The notes below the pieces were generated by a model. That model was given only the letters and a program-made list of their open reading frames with translations, made no database searches and was not told the DNA's origin. 64,000 nucleotides of DNA, from assembly GCA_965226495.1 (NCBI GenBank), contig OZ245365.1:4992001-5056000 (forward strand), given 5' to 3'. A program made the position numbers and the translations under genes. This DNA comes from Candidatus Marinacidobacterales bacterium. Its GTDB lineage: Bacteria; Acidobacteriota; Vicinamibacteria; Marinacidobacterales; DATDRI01. Positions 36,939 to 46,556 of the stretch are shown here, piece by piece (position 1 is the first letter of the stretch; every line of letters starts with the position of its first letter).

Positions 36939-37956
36939 GCCGGACGTCTTCCTTTCCACTAGCCGACTCGCTGGCGGCAAACCCCTCTATCGCGTATATG
37001 AACCCGCCGGGAAGATTCCCGATGACGCCGAGAGCGAGGATGAGTACGGAGAGCACGAACGCGCCGTCGGGATCCATTCCCACACTTCCAAAAAGGGCCA
37101 CATAGGCAAGATTGGTGGTTCCTAGACCGCTGACCGAGATCGGCAACATGGTAATCAACAGTATGAGGGGAACGAAACAAAAAAAGTAGACCGGAGCCGT
37201 ATCGAGACCCATCGCTTCCGAAAGAAGATAAGCCTGTAGGATGCGAAGAAGCTGAACACCCACTGACATCGCGAGGACGAGTCCCAGGAGCCCCGGTTGG
37301 CTTCGGTAGCGTTCCATGGCTCCTACTGCCCTTCCTACCGAACGTCGCCAGCCGGGCCAGCCGGGTCTCGTATCTTCATCGAGGTCTTCGCCGTCTTCAC
37401 TGTCAGGCCGGATGCGAGACAAGATCCAACGGTGGAAAGACGAGGACAGCAGCAAAGCAAGTCCCGCCAAAACCACCACTGAGAGCGCGAGTACCGTCGC
37501 CAGCAAGGCGGGGTGAGGGTAGATGCGGAAGAAAACGACGAGGGCGACGAGACCGATCAGTAGCATCGAGAGCATTCCCATGATGCGATCCATTGCCACC
37601 GAGGCGACGGATTCAATACTCTTCGACGACAACCTGGAAAAAGACACGGCACGAACCGTTTCTCCCCCGATCCCGGTGGGAAGGAAGCTCCCGAAGAACG
37701 TGCTCAAGAAAAAAATCTTCACGATTCTGACGCGCGGCGGATGAAAGCCGAGACCTTCTAGAAGGTAGATCCAGCGCCCGGCCATGAGACTGCGGTCCAT
37801 CGCCACCGTCACGAGAGTGAGCGCGACCAGCCACCAATCGGCCCGGGCAAGAAAACCCGCCATGTTTCGAATATCGAGCCGGGAGAGCAGTAATGCGATC
37901 AGCGCTACGCTGACAACGATGCGTAGGACCCACCAAAAACGACGGCGGTTCGTCAT
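36895..37956 (-). CDS. Lysylphosphatidylglycerol-synthase TM domain (putative flippase)
   Basis: Multi-TM; FLPTGIGGE, LPISVSGLG. Confidence 0.85.
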   Translation of the reverse strand: MTNRRRFWWVLRIVVSVALIALLLSRLDIRNMAGFLARADWWLVALTLVTVAMDRSLMAGRWIYLLEGLGFHPPRVRIVKIFFLSTFFGSFLPTGIGGETVRAVSFSRLSSKSIESVASVAMDRIMGMLSMLLIGLVALVVFFRIYPHPALLATVLALSVVVLAGLALLLSSSFHRWILSRIRPDSEDGEDLDEDTRPGWPGWRRSVGRAVGAMERYRSQPGLLGLVLAMSVGVQLLRILQAYLLSEAMGLDTAPVYFFCFVPLILLITMLPISVSGLGTTNLAYVALFGSVGMDPDGAFVLSVLILALGVIGNLPGGFIYAIEGFAASESASGKEDVRHGDLERSGFVESDR

Positions 37957-39227
37957 TGAGTAAGAGCACCGGCGGGAGCATTCTCCCGCGCCGACCCGTT
38001 TCCCGATTTCCCTGGAACGTCATCGAGAAAAGTAAAGTCTCGCTCGTAATCCCACCTTGGGCGGCCAGAACCCACGTCGCGGTAGCGGTTCACCAGAACC
38101 TCGTAGAGCCGCGACATCTTGTCGACAAACGCTTGAATATCGAACCGACGTGAGCTCTCTCGGGCGTTTTCTGAGATTCGAAACGCGAGAGTCGGTTCGT
38201 CGAGGACTCTGGCGATAGCCCCGGCCAGCGCCTTCGGGTCTCGAGGGGGCACCACCACAGAATTCACGCCGTCCCGCAAGACGTCCCGGAGCCCATCGAC
38301 GTCGGTCGAGACGATGGGCTTCGCCATCGCCATCGACTCGAAGACGGTGAGCGGCGTTCCTTCCCAAAGCGAGGGAAAGACAGTCACATCGAAGCTTGCG
38401 AACGAAGCCGCGACGTCTTTTTGGAAACCCAAGAAGAACACCTTGTCCTTTATCCCCAACCGTGCCGCCTGGGCCTCGAGATCCGGTTGCAGCGGACCCT
38501 CCCCAACGAAGACGAAACGGAGCTCGGGTCGTTCGCGCGACAAGAGAGCCGCGGCGTCTATGAAGAAACTGTTTCCCTTAGACTCCATGAGTCGAGTGAC
38601 GGTGCCGACGACTCGAATGCCTTTTTCGGAGAGCCCGGAAAGCCCTGAGAGGCCAAGTTTCTGGCGAGCCTCCCGTTCCCTCTCACTGCTCCACGGTTGG
38701 AACTCATCCAGCGGCGCTCCCAAGTAGACCAGCTTCACACGCTCGGGGGAGAGTTTTCTCGCCCGGATGCAGAATTGGCGCGTGCTGTCGGAGACCGCGA
38801 TCGCCAGATCGGTAACTGGATCCAGGAGCTTGTCCGGAATCTTTTGAAACCAAGGCGTGTCGGTTAGGTTCGCATGCTCGTGGAGGACATTGGGCATCCG
38901 CAAGAGCAGCGCCGCAGCTCGCCCGAAAGTCGTCGCCCCATAGCCATGGGTTTGGATGACATCGATCTCGAGCCGCTTCAGCAAGCGAACCAACGCCGGG
39001 AGCGTTGTTGGATCAAACTTCGATTTCTCTAGATAGTGTACCGGAAATCCGAACTGCTCGAGCGTTTCCTCCGACAGATCCCGTTTGCGAAGGCTCAAGA
39101 GCGATACCCTGAATCTTTTCGGATCGAACCGAGGGATCATCCAACTAAAAAGCCGCTTCACCCCATGCATCCGGGATCCCTCCCACCCGAGGTGATCGCA
39201 AATTTGCAGGACGTTGATAGGAGCCAA
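37953..39227 (-). CDS. Glycosyltransferase family 4
   Basis: PSLWEGTPLTVFESMA, VSTDVDG. TTG start follows AGGAG. Confidence 0.9.
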   Translation of the reverse strand: MAPINVLQICDHLGWEGSRMHGVKRLFSWMIPRFDPKRFRVSLLSLRKRDLSEETLEQFGFPVHYLEKSKFDPTTLPALVRLLKRLEIDVIQTHGYGATTFGRAAALLLRMPNVLHEHANLTDTPWFQKIPDKLLDPVTDLAIAVSDSTRQFCIRARKLSPERVKLVYLGAPLDEFQPWSSEREREARQKLGLSGLSGLSEKGIRVVGTVTRLMESKGNSFFIDAAALLSRERPELRFVFVGEGPLQPDLEAQAARLGIKDKVFFLGFQKDVAASFASFDVTVFPSLWEGTPLTVFESMAMAKPIVSTDVDGLRDVLRDGVNSVVVPPRDPKALAGAIARVLDEPTLAFRISENARESSRRFDIQAFVDKMSRLYEVLVNRYRDVGSGRPRWDYERDFTFLDDVPGKSGNGSARENAPAGALTQ

Positions 39228-39231
39228 CGGG

Positions 39232-40437
39232 CTACTTCTCCTTCGACTGAGATGGCGACTGCGGTGGATGCAGGCGATTGTACTTCCTGCCAATCTCTAG
39301 CACGCGCTCAATGGAAAGTGCCTCGACGGTGCGATCATCGCGGCCGGAGACAGTGGTGGCTTTGAGTAGGGAATTGTAAATGGCCTCCTCGGTGGCTTCG
39401 ACGACCGCTTCGAAGAGCGGCGAGAGCGCATCACCTCGAAGCACCGGCGCACCCTCGGTGAGGCTCTCGGATTCGTAGGCGCTTCGGAGCTCGGAGGCTG
39501 TCGAGAAGGCAATGACGAAGTCCCCGCTCCCGTGCGTCGAAGGACCGCCCGTCCGGCCCATGCCCAGGATGGCTCGGCTCGCCAGCCTTCGCAGCCCATG
39601 CGTTGCCAACGGTGCGTCGGTCGCCACCACCATCATGACCGACCCGTCTCCGCGGTCAGCGCGGTCAGCACGGTCAGGCCGGTCAGCAGTTCCACCTGGT
39701 GTCTCGACGTCGTCCCGCAAATAAAAACGGCCCAACTCCTCACCGACCGGCAGTCCGTCCATCTGAAGGACGCCGCCAAAATTGCTCTGCACCAGAACAC
39801 CGAGCGTATAGCCGCCGAGAGAATCGGGAAGGCGCCGGGATGACGTCCCGATGCCTCCCTTGAAACCAAAACAAATCGTCCCCGCACCGGCCCCGACGCT
39901 TCCCTCGGGGACCGGGCCCGCTTCCGCTCCGTGAATGGCGGCGAGCACGTGTTCCTCCTTAACGTGCCGGCCGCGAATATCATTCAGATATCCGTCGTTC
40001 GTCTCACCGACCACCGGATTAACGGAACGCACGTCTTCGTTTCCCGAAAGCGCAAGTGTGTAAGTTAACACCGCGTTCGCAGCTTCCCATACGGACAAGG
40101 TGTTGGTCAGAACAATGGGAGTCTCGACAAAGCCCAATTCCTCGACTTGCGTCGATCCCACGAGTTTGCCGAATGCATTACCGATGTGGATGGCGGCGGG
40201 AACCTTGTCTTGAAAGAGGTTCCCACCGTGCGGAAGGATGGCGGTCACGCCGGTCCTCACGGAATCACCTTCAACAAGGGTGACGTGTCCTACGCGCACT
40301 CCCTGAACGTCGGTGATCGCGTTCAGTGGCCCGGTCGGGAGGACTCCCGGCACCACGCCGATGTCCCTGGCACGCGGACGCCCGGACTGCGCCTGAGCTC
40401 CTTGGACTGTGAACGCCATGAGGAGCACGAAACCCAT
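39232..40437 (-). CDS. dmpA: DmpA/P1 family (S58) aminopeptidase with signal peptide
   Basis: NAITDVQGVRVGH, PVVGETNDG, KGGIGTSSR, G/S cleavage site, SGD. Confidence 0.88.
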   Translation of the reverse strand: MGFVLLMAFTVQGAQAQSGRPRARDIGVVPGVLPTGPLNAITDVQGVRVGHVTLVEGDSVRTGVTAILPHGGNLFQDKVPAAIHIGNAFGKLVGSTQVEELGFVETPIVLTNTLSVWEAANAVLTYTLALSGNEDVRSVNPVVGETNDGYLNDIRGRHVKEEHVLAAIHGAEAGPVPEGSVGAGAGTICFGFKGGIGTSSRRLPDSLGGYTLGVLVQSNFGGVLQMDGLPVGEELGRFYLRDDVETPGGTADRPDRADRADRGDGSVMMVVATDAPLATHGLRRLASRAILGMGRTGGPSTHGSGDFVIAFSTASELRSAYESESLTEGAPVLRGDALSPLFEAVVEATEEAIYNSLLKATTVSGRDDRTVEALSIERVLEIGRKYNRLHPPQSPSQSKEK

Positions 40438-40447
40438 CCTTCGACAG

Positions 40448-41662
40448 CTACTTGCTGGGCGCCTGACTCGGCACGGCTTGCTCGGGTTCCGCCGTTTTCG
40501 ACAGGAAATCCAAAACGCGACGGGTCTTCTCCAAGTAGTTTTCATAACTGTATTGGTTTTCCGCTCGTCGTCGGGCGGCTTCGCCCAGGGCCTGGGCCCG
40601 ATTGGGGTCCCGTAGCAAGGTCAAGATTCCCTCGCCGAACGCTTCTGGGTCGACCGCAGTGAGCTGGGAAACCTCGTCGTCCAAAACTTGCGTGTGTGTG
40701 AGCAATCGCGTGGCAACGATCGGTTTTCCGGCGCGTAGGTAAGAATAGATCTTCAATGGAGTGTTGTTTCCGTGGGAACGGGGAGACACCAGGACGTCGG
40801 TGGCAGCTAGATAGACGGACATCTCCTCCGGCGGGCGCTGTCCCACGAAGACGACCTTGTCCTCGAGACCTCGTTGCTGGATCGCGCCTCGCGCCTGGTC
40901 GATTTGGTCGGGATGACCACCCACCATGAGTAGGCGCGCCTTAGGGTCGCGCTCTGCGACCCATCGGACGGCGTCGAAAAGAAGGTCGAGTCCCTGATAG
41001 GCTTCGAACGTTCCGGTGTAACCGATGACCGCTGTCCCTTCGAGCCCCAAAGACTTTCGGAGAGCCGTCACCTCTTCACTATCGGCGGCGCGATTCGCCT
41101 CCGCCAGGGGCGAGTTCTCGATCAAGAAACAGGGCGTGTCGGGATCGACGTCGGCGACAACCTCCTGCAAATAGGGACAGATCACGATGACCGCCGACGA
41201 GCCCTTGATGGTCCAGCGCTCTGCGATCGCGAACAGTTTCCGCAGTACCCCCGACCGCGTGTAGCGGAAGTTGACGAGCTGCTCGGGCAGAGACGAGTGC
41301 ATATCGTAAACGGTAGGGACGCGGAACAGTTTCGATAGCAAAACTCCCATCAGCCCGGCCTCTTCGTGGCAATCGAGCAGATCGTAGCGAGCCGACAGCA
41401 GCCGCCGCAGGGCGGAGAAGAACACCATGACGTCCAGCGGAAGCTTGGCGAGCGATGGGCCGATCGCGATCTTGCGGATTCCCGGGATCCCTGGAGCGCG
41501 GAAGATTCTCAGCCCGGGGATGGAAACGTCTTCCCCTATCGGATAGGTCACCATATCGACTTCGTGTCCGAGCTCGGTCAAGGCGCGGGTCCGGTAATAC
41601 TCACTGAAGGGCGTACCCCGGGGCTGGAAGAAGGGCTCCGGGGCGATCATGAGGATACGCAT
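40448..41662 (-). CDS. Glycosyltransferase family 4
   Basis: APEPFFQPRGTP, PLKIYSYL. Confidence 0.9.
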   Translation of the reverse strand: MRILMIAPEPFFQPRGTPFSEYYRTRALTELGHEVDMVTYPIGEDVSIPGLRIFRAPGIPGIRKIAIGPSLAKLPLDVMVFFSALRRLLSARYDLLDCHEEAGLMGVLLSKLFRVPTVYDMHSSLPEQLVNFRYTRSGVLRKLFAIAERWTIKGSSAVIVICPYLQEVVADVDPDTPCFLIENSPLAEANRAADSEEVTALRKSLGLEGTAVIGYTGTFEAYQGLDLLFDAVRWVAERDPKARLLMVGGHPDQIDQARGAIQQRGLEDKVVFVGQRPPEEMSVYLAATDVLVSPRSHGNNTPLKIYSYLRAGKPIVATRLLTHTQVLDDEVSQLTAVDPEAFGEGILTLLRDPNRAQALGEAARRRAENQYSYENYLEKTRRVLDFLSKTAEPEQAVPSQAPSK

Positions 41663-41956
41663 GGCTTTCGGTACGGTAGCCCGCCTTAGCTCCCTTATCT
41701 CCCTTATCTCATTGACCAGACGAGACTAAGTCAGGAAGATTATAGGCTCGGTGACGAAGAGGGGTCAAAGGCAGTGAATAACGACCCAATTGACGACATC
41801 AAGGCAGGCCGACCGATCGACCGCTCCGGCCTCTAGACGGCTCGGGTTCACCTTATGAAAGTTTGCCGGTTGACTCGACGCGCGGCCTCGCATAGCATCG
41901 GGCCGGATTAGGAAACGTCTCTCAAAGGGTCGTCCCCAACGACCGGGAGGAAGGAA

Positions 41957-43054
41957 ATGAACCTAGATCGACGAGCCTTCCTCGCCACATTGGCGGCCAC
42001 CACCGCCGCGTTGACCGGCAGAGGCGACCCACTTCTTGCCGAGAGCACTCGTTCACCCTTCGATGATGTACCGGAGCGTCTTTTTGAAAGGACCCCGGTC
42101 TTCGACGCCCTCGGTTTCATCGACGACGAGCTTCTAATCGATGCCGGCTGGGATCTCGTTCGCCGATCCGGGGTCACCGCCCTCCACACCAGCCTTGCCA
42201 ACCGCAACTCGCGAGTCGCGCTCGAAGCTCTCGCCGAATGGCAGGTTCGATTCGACAGCCAACCGAATCAACTGATCAAAGTGCTCGGTGCGGGCGACAT
42301 CGAGCGCGCGCATCGAGAAGGTAAGCTCGGAATCTTGCTGGGTTTCCAGAACGCGACGTGTATCGATGGAGACCTCGATAACCTGCCCATTCTTCACGAC
42401 GCCGGAACCCGCATCATCCAGCTCACCTACAACTCGCGAAACCTCCTGGGAGACGGTTGCACGGAAAGAACCAACACCGGTCTTTCGGACTTCGGCGTGG
42501 CAGTTGTTGAAACGATGAACGAACTGGGAATTGCCGTCGACCTTTCTCATTGCGGTGAGCAGACGAGTCGGGACGGGATCGCAATCTCCCGGAAACCCCC
42601 TGCCTTCACTCATACGATGTGCAAGGCACTGCACGATCATCCACGTGCCAAAAGCGACGAGTTGCTTCGTGCCATGGCCGACCGCGGTGGAATGATCGGC
42701 ATTGTGTCTCTCGGCTACTTCATTGGCCCCACGGAGGACACCTCGCTGGAAGACTACCTGCGGCACATCGACCACGCCGTCAACGTTGCGGGCATCGATC
42801 ACGTGGGCCTTGCCTCGGACTACTCGCTCCGCGGGATTCGCGCGACGGCAACCCGCGAGAGCTGGTACGAGCCACGACTGAAGATATTCAAACCCAGCTA
42901 TAACGTCCGTTGGCCACCTTGGATCTCTGCGCTCGATGAACCGGAACGTTTTCGCACGACTGCCGAAGCGTTGACAAAGCGAGGCTATCGCAACGAGGAG
43001 ATCGAGAAGCTATTAGGCGAAAATTGGAGCCGATATTTTCGGCAGGCGCTGTAA
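41957..43054 (+). CDS. Tat-exported membrane dipeptidase (M19)
   Basis: DRRAFL; QLTYN, DLSH, HVGLASD. Confidence 0.88.
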   Translation: MNLDRRAFLATLAATTAALTGRGDPLLAESTRSPFDDVPERLFERTPVFDALGFIDDELLIDAGWDLVRRSGVTALHTSLANRNSRVALEALAEWQVRFDSQPNQLIKVLGAGDIERAHREGKLGILLGFQNATCIDGDLDNLPILHDAGTRIIQLTYNSRNLLGDGCTERTNTGLSDFGVAVVETMNELGIAVDLSHCGEQTSRDGIAISRKPPAFTHTMCKALHDHPRAKSDELLRAMADRGGMIGIVSLGYFIGPTEDTSLEDYLRHIDHAVNVAGIDHVGLASDYSLRGIRATATRESWYEPRLKIFKPSYNVRWPPWISALDEPERFRTTAEALTKRGYRNEEIEKLLGENWSRYFRQAL

Positions 43055-43075
43055 GTCGCCCGAGTGTACTCCAGG

Positions 43076-44848
43076 TTAGTCCAACAGGGTCCGACCTTCA
43101 TCCCCCTCTAGCATTAAAAGTCGAACCAGCCGCAGCGGGGGTTCTCCGCAACCTAGAAACGCATCGTGGAAGTCGCGAAGCGTCTTCGTTTCCGCACCGA
43201 CGTTCACGTAGTCGGAGCGCAGCTTCAAGATTTGTAGCTTTCCCAGGGCGGCGCTCATGCGACTCGGATCGGCGGCGATCACCCTTACTTCTCGCTCGGC
43301 GGCAGCGGCGCTGAGGAAGGACTCGTTCACGAAAATCCGGACCGCGGTCTCGAGGCTCAGCCCTTCGGCGTGAATCAAGAGGGTCGTGAACAGGCGGCAT
43401 AGTTCAACAAGCGCTCGATGGAGCTGCACCAAACGTAGAAGCGGGTCGGCGCTTCCATAACCCTCGTCGAGGAACATCTCCTCTGCGTAATGCGCCCAGC
43501 CCTCTCGATTGGCGCGGGAGGCAAGAACACGGCGGAGCTCGCTCATGCGATTCACCGATTCGTTGCTGGATAGAAATCGAAGGTAGTTTCCTGGATAGAC
43601 CTCACGGATGGAGAGCAGCTGCAACATGTAGGGCTCGAGGGGCAATGAGGGGCTAGATGCCTCGGCTAAAGGCAACGCCAACCTTAAGACCGCCTCGCGC
43701 GAAGATTCCGCTGGCCCGGGAACACGCAGCTTGCCGAGTTCACCTCCTAGCAGCGAAGGTACTGCTTCGACTGCCGGATCAGCCGCGTAGGTTAGAACCC
43801 CCGCGATATTCCTCTTGAGAGCGAACTCCCTCAAGTCTTGAAGGAGATCCACCGTATAAGGCAATACCTCCTCGCGGTCGAGCCGTTGGCTAGAGACTTC
43901 GGCCAGGAGCATGGGGAGAGATAGCTCGGAGTTAATGGTGGCGGCTATTTCCCTAATCCTCTGTTTGGTTTCTCCGAGCCGACGCTCTGTCAACCACCGA
44001 ATTTCATCGAGCGGGGTCTCGTCCATCTCGCTATAGAGGAGTTGAACCCGGAGCAGGTCTTCGCCGAGACGAAACGATTCGATTTCACCCCGCGCGACAT
44101 TGCTCTCTAGCTGGACGATGAACCCTTCCATGGAATCCAGGGCCGCGAGGCTCGCGACTTCGATCTCCCTGCGCATCACGTCATCCGCGGCTCCGGACGA
44201 TCCGTCCAGGGTCGCCTCAAGCCCGCCCAGTTGCTCCTGGCAATTCCTAACACTTGCGATCCCATCTTCGATCAGAACCGGGGATAGGCTCTCGACGTTC
44301 TGGATCACCGATTCCAAGAAAGACGGGATTTGATTGAGACGAGACAGAAGCGCATCCAGCCTAATCGGAACTCCCGGCTGGAAAAGGCTCCATACGCCTG
44401 AACAGATGACATCGCTGTAGAAGCGGGGCGATCGACGCCAGGACTCGATCTCCTCCAATTCAAAGATCTCTGATTTGACCGCATTGGTTAGTAGGAGCGC
44501 ATCGATAAACGCCGGGCGAGAGAGTTTCGTAAGGTCGATTCCTAAGAGCCTCTGGCGGAAATCTCGGAGCTCCGCCACTCGGGACTTCACATGGCTGGCC
44601 GAGAAGTGCCCCAGGTCGGCATCGCTGTCGTGGATGCCCACCATCGTCGCCTGGACCGGATAGAATCTAAAACGCGCATCGAAATACTCCTTTGCCCTTC
44701 CTTCCAATATCCGATCTTCGGGTGAGACGTCCGGACCGGGACTCTGCGAGCAAGCGATGGGCAAGACCAGCGCGGCGAAAAGAGCAAGAATGGGACAGCG
44801 AGGCGGTTTTTGACAGTCTGGTCGCCCTCTGCTAATTTCCGCCCGCAT
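43076..44848 (-). CDS. DUF885 family lipoprotein
   Basis: Lipobox PIAC; EVYPG, EGWAHYAE, LRDFHD. Confidence 0.82.
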   Translation of the reverse strand: MRAEISRGRPDCQKPPRCPILALFAALVLPIACSQSPGPDVSPEDRILEGRAKEYFDARFRFYPVQATMVGIHDSDADLGHFSASHVKSRVAELRDFRQRLLGIDLTKLSRPAFIDALLLTNAVKSEIFELEEIESWRRSPRFYSDVICSGVWSLFQPGVPIRLDALLSRLNQIPSFLESVIQNVESLSPVLIEDGIASVRNCQEQLGGLEATLDGSSGAADDVMRREIEVASLAALDSMEGFIVQLESNVARGEIESFRLGEDLLRVQLLYSEMDETPLDEIRWLTERRLGETKQRIREIAATINSELSLPMLLAEVSSQRLDREEVLPYTVDLLQDLREFALKRNIAGVLTYAADPAVEAVPSLLGGELGKLRVPGPAESSREAVLRLALPLAEASSPSLPLEPYMLQLLSIREVYPGNYLRFLSSNESVNRMSELRRVLASRANREGWAHYAEEMFLDEGYGSADPLLRLVQLHRALVELCRLFTTLLIHAEGLSLETAVRIFVNESFLSAAAAEREVRVIAADPSRMSAALGKLQILKLRSDYVNVGAETKTLRDFHDAFLGCGEPPLRLVRLLMLEGDEGRTLLD

Positions 44849-44959
44849 ATCCAGTTTCTGAGGCTATGCCTAGACTAGACCTAGACTACGGTTTGTCACG
44901 CCCATGAATATCAAGAGTATCAGGTTCTTCAGGATCGTCGCGAACCGGCTCGCACCGAA

Positions 44960-46351
44960 GTGAACCCATCGAGACTCGAATTCTACGGCGGACAAGCGGG
45001 AGCCCTGGCTCCATTCGTGCTCTTCCTCACCGGGGTGGCCTGGTTGGGCCTCTCCGGCGCCCCAGACGAAAAAGGTTTTTGGCCGGTGCTCCTGGCAGCA
45101 CTCGCCCTGGGGCTCTTGGTTACCAAGGATCGCACGGGCTACTCCGAGGTCGTGATTCGCGGGATGAGCCAACCGATCGTCATCTTGATGATCATGGCGT
45201 GGCTCCTGGCCGGCGTCCTCGGCACGATCATGGCCGGTACCGGATTCGTCGAGGCCCTGGTGTGGCTTGCTCGTCAGACCGGTGTTTCAGGCGGGGGATA
45301 CGTAGCCGCGGCGTTCCTGATCTGCTGCGGAGTCTCGACCTCGACCGGCACTAGCATTGGAACGATTCTATTATGCGGGCCGCTTCTCTACCCGGCGGGG
45401 AGCGCGATGAGTGTCGAGCCCGCTGTGCTGATGGGTGCTATTTTGGGCGGGGCGGTATTCGGGGACAATGTATCCCCGATCTCCGACACCACCATCGCTT
45501 CCGCGCTCACTCAAGACGCGCAAATCGGCGAAGTGGTGCGGAGCCGGCTCAAGTACGCGCTGCCCGCGGCGGGCGTGTCTCTCGTTTTCTATGCCGCGCT
45601 CGGTGGCTCGGCTGCCGCAGCCGGCGCCGGGTCGGAACAAGTCGGCTCCCCGCAAGGATTACCCATGGTGGTGGCGCCAGCGCTCACGGTGTGGCTTCTT
45701 TTGGCGCGGCGACATTTGCTGGAGGGACTACTCTCCGGGATCCTTGCCGCGGCCGCCATCGGTCTAGCCCTGGGACTTCTGGAGCCCTCCGAGCTCCTTT
45801 ACATAGACTCCGAGAGTTTCAGCGCCAAAGGCATCGTCCTGGAAGGCTTGGAAAGAGGCGTGGGTGCTTCCATCTTTACGCTTTTCCTGATGGGAATGGT
45901 GGCGAGCATCGAGGCCGCGGGCATCCTGGGACGAGTCGTCGAGTTCGCGCGAAAGCGAACCGCGTCACCACGCGGGGCCGAGTTCTGGATCTTCGGAACG
46001 GTCTCGGCCGCGGTCGCGATCACAACTCACAGTGCGGTCGCGATCCTCACCGTCGGTCAGTTCACGCGCGAGACCGGCGAACGGTTTAAGATATCTCCAT
46101 CCCGCCGCGCCAATTTGCTCGATGTCACGGTGTGCAGCTTCCCGTTCAATCTCCCCTATTTCGTGCCGGTGATCCTTGCCGCGAGTACCAGTGCATCGGG
46201 AGTCGACTTCGGCATGCCTCGCATCTCGCCCTTCGAGACTGGGTTCAATAACTACCACTCGTGGATGTTGTTGATCGTCGTCGTACTCGCGATTGTCACT
46301 GGCTTCGGCCGGAGGCCGAAGCCAGTCGGCCAGGAGGAATTGCCGCTGTAA
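44960..46351 (+). CDS. NhaC-family Na+/H+ antiporter-like transporter
   Basis: TGTSIGT, GAVFGDNVSPISDTT. Confidence 0.88.
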   Translation: MNPSRLEFYGGQAGALAPFVLFLTGVAWLGLSGAPDEKGFWPVLLAALALGLLVTKDRTGYSEVVIRGMSQPIVILMIMAWLLAGVLGTIMAGTGFVEALVWLARQTGVSGGGYVAAAFLICCGVSTSTGTSIGTILLCGPLLYPAGSAMSVEPAVLMGAILGGAVFGDNVSPISDTTIASALTQDAQIGEVVRSRLKYALPAAGVSLVFYAALGGSAAAAGAGSEQVGSPQGLPMVVAPALTVWLLLARRHLLEGLLSGILAAAAIGLALGLLEPSELLYIDSESFSAKGIVLEGLERGVGASIFTLFLMGMVASIEAAGILGRVVEFARKRTASPRGAEFWIFGTVSAAVAITTHSAVAILTVGQFTRETGERFKISPSRRANLLDVTVCSFPFNLPYFVPVILAASTSASGVDFGMPRISPFETGFNNYHSWMLLIVVVLAIVTGFGRRPKPVGQEELPL

Positions 46352-46384
46352 ATTCGGTGGGCAAGGGAACCTGGCCGGGTTTTG

Positions 46385-46541
46385 GGCCCGAGCGCAGCCT
46401 TGAGCGGACGCGCAGTCGCGAAGTCGACGGAGCATCAGGCGTTGGGGGTGGGGCCCCAACGCAGTTATGGAAGAGCGAGGGCAACGCGTGGGGGTGGGGC
46501 CCCGTCGCATTCCTGATGACGGTGGGGGCCCGCGCACTAAT
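46385..46541 (+). repeat. GTGGGG-loop hairpin repeat, copy C (two hairpins plus a degenerate third)
   Basis: GCGTTGGGG-GTGGGG-CCCCAACGC (46439-46462) and a second at 46486-46508. Confidence 0.8.
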
Positions 46542-46556
46542 CGTTTTCTTCGACCG

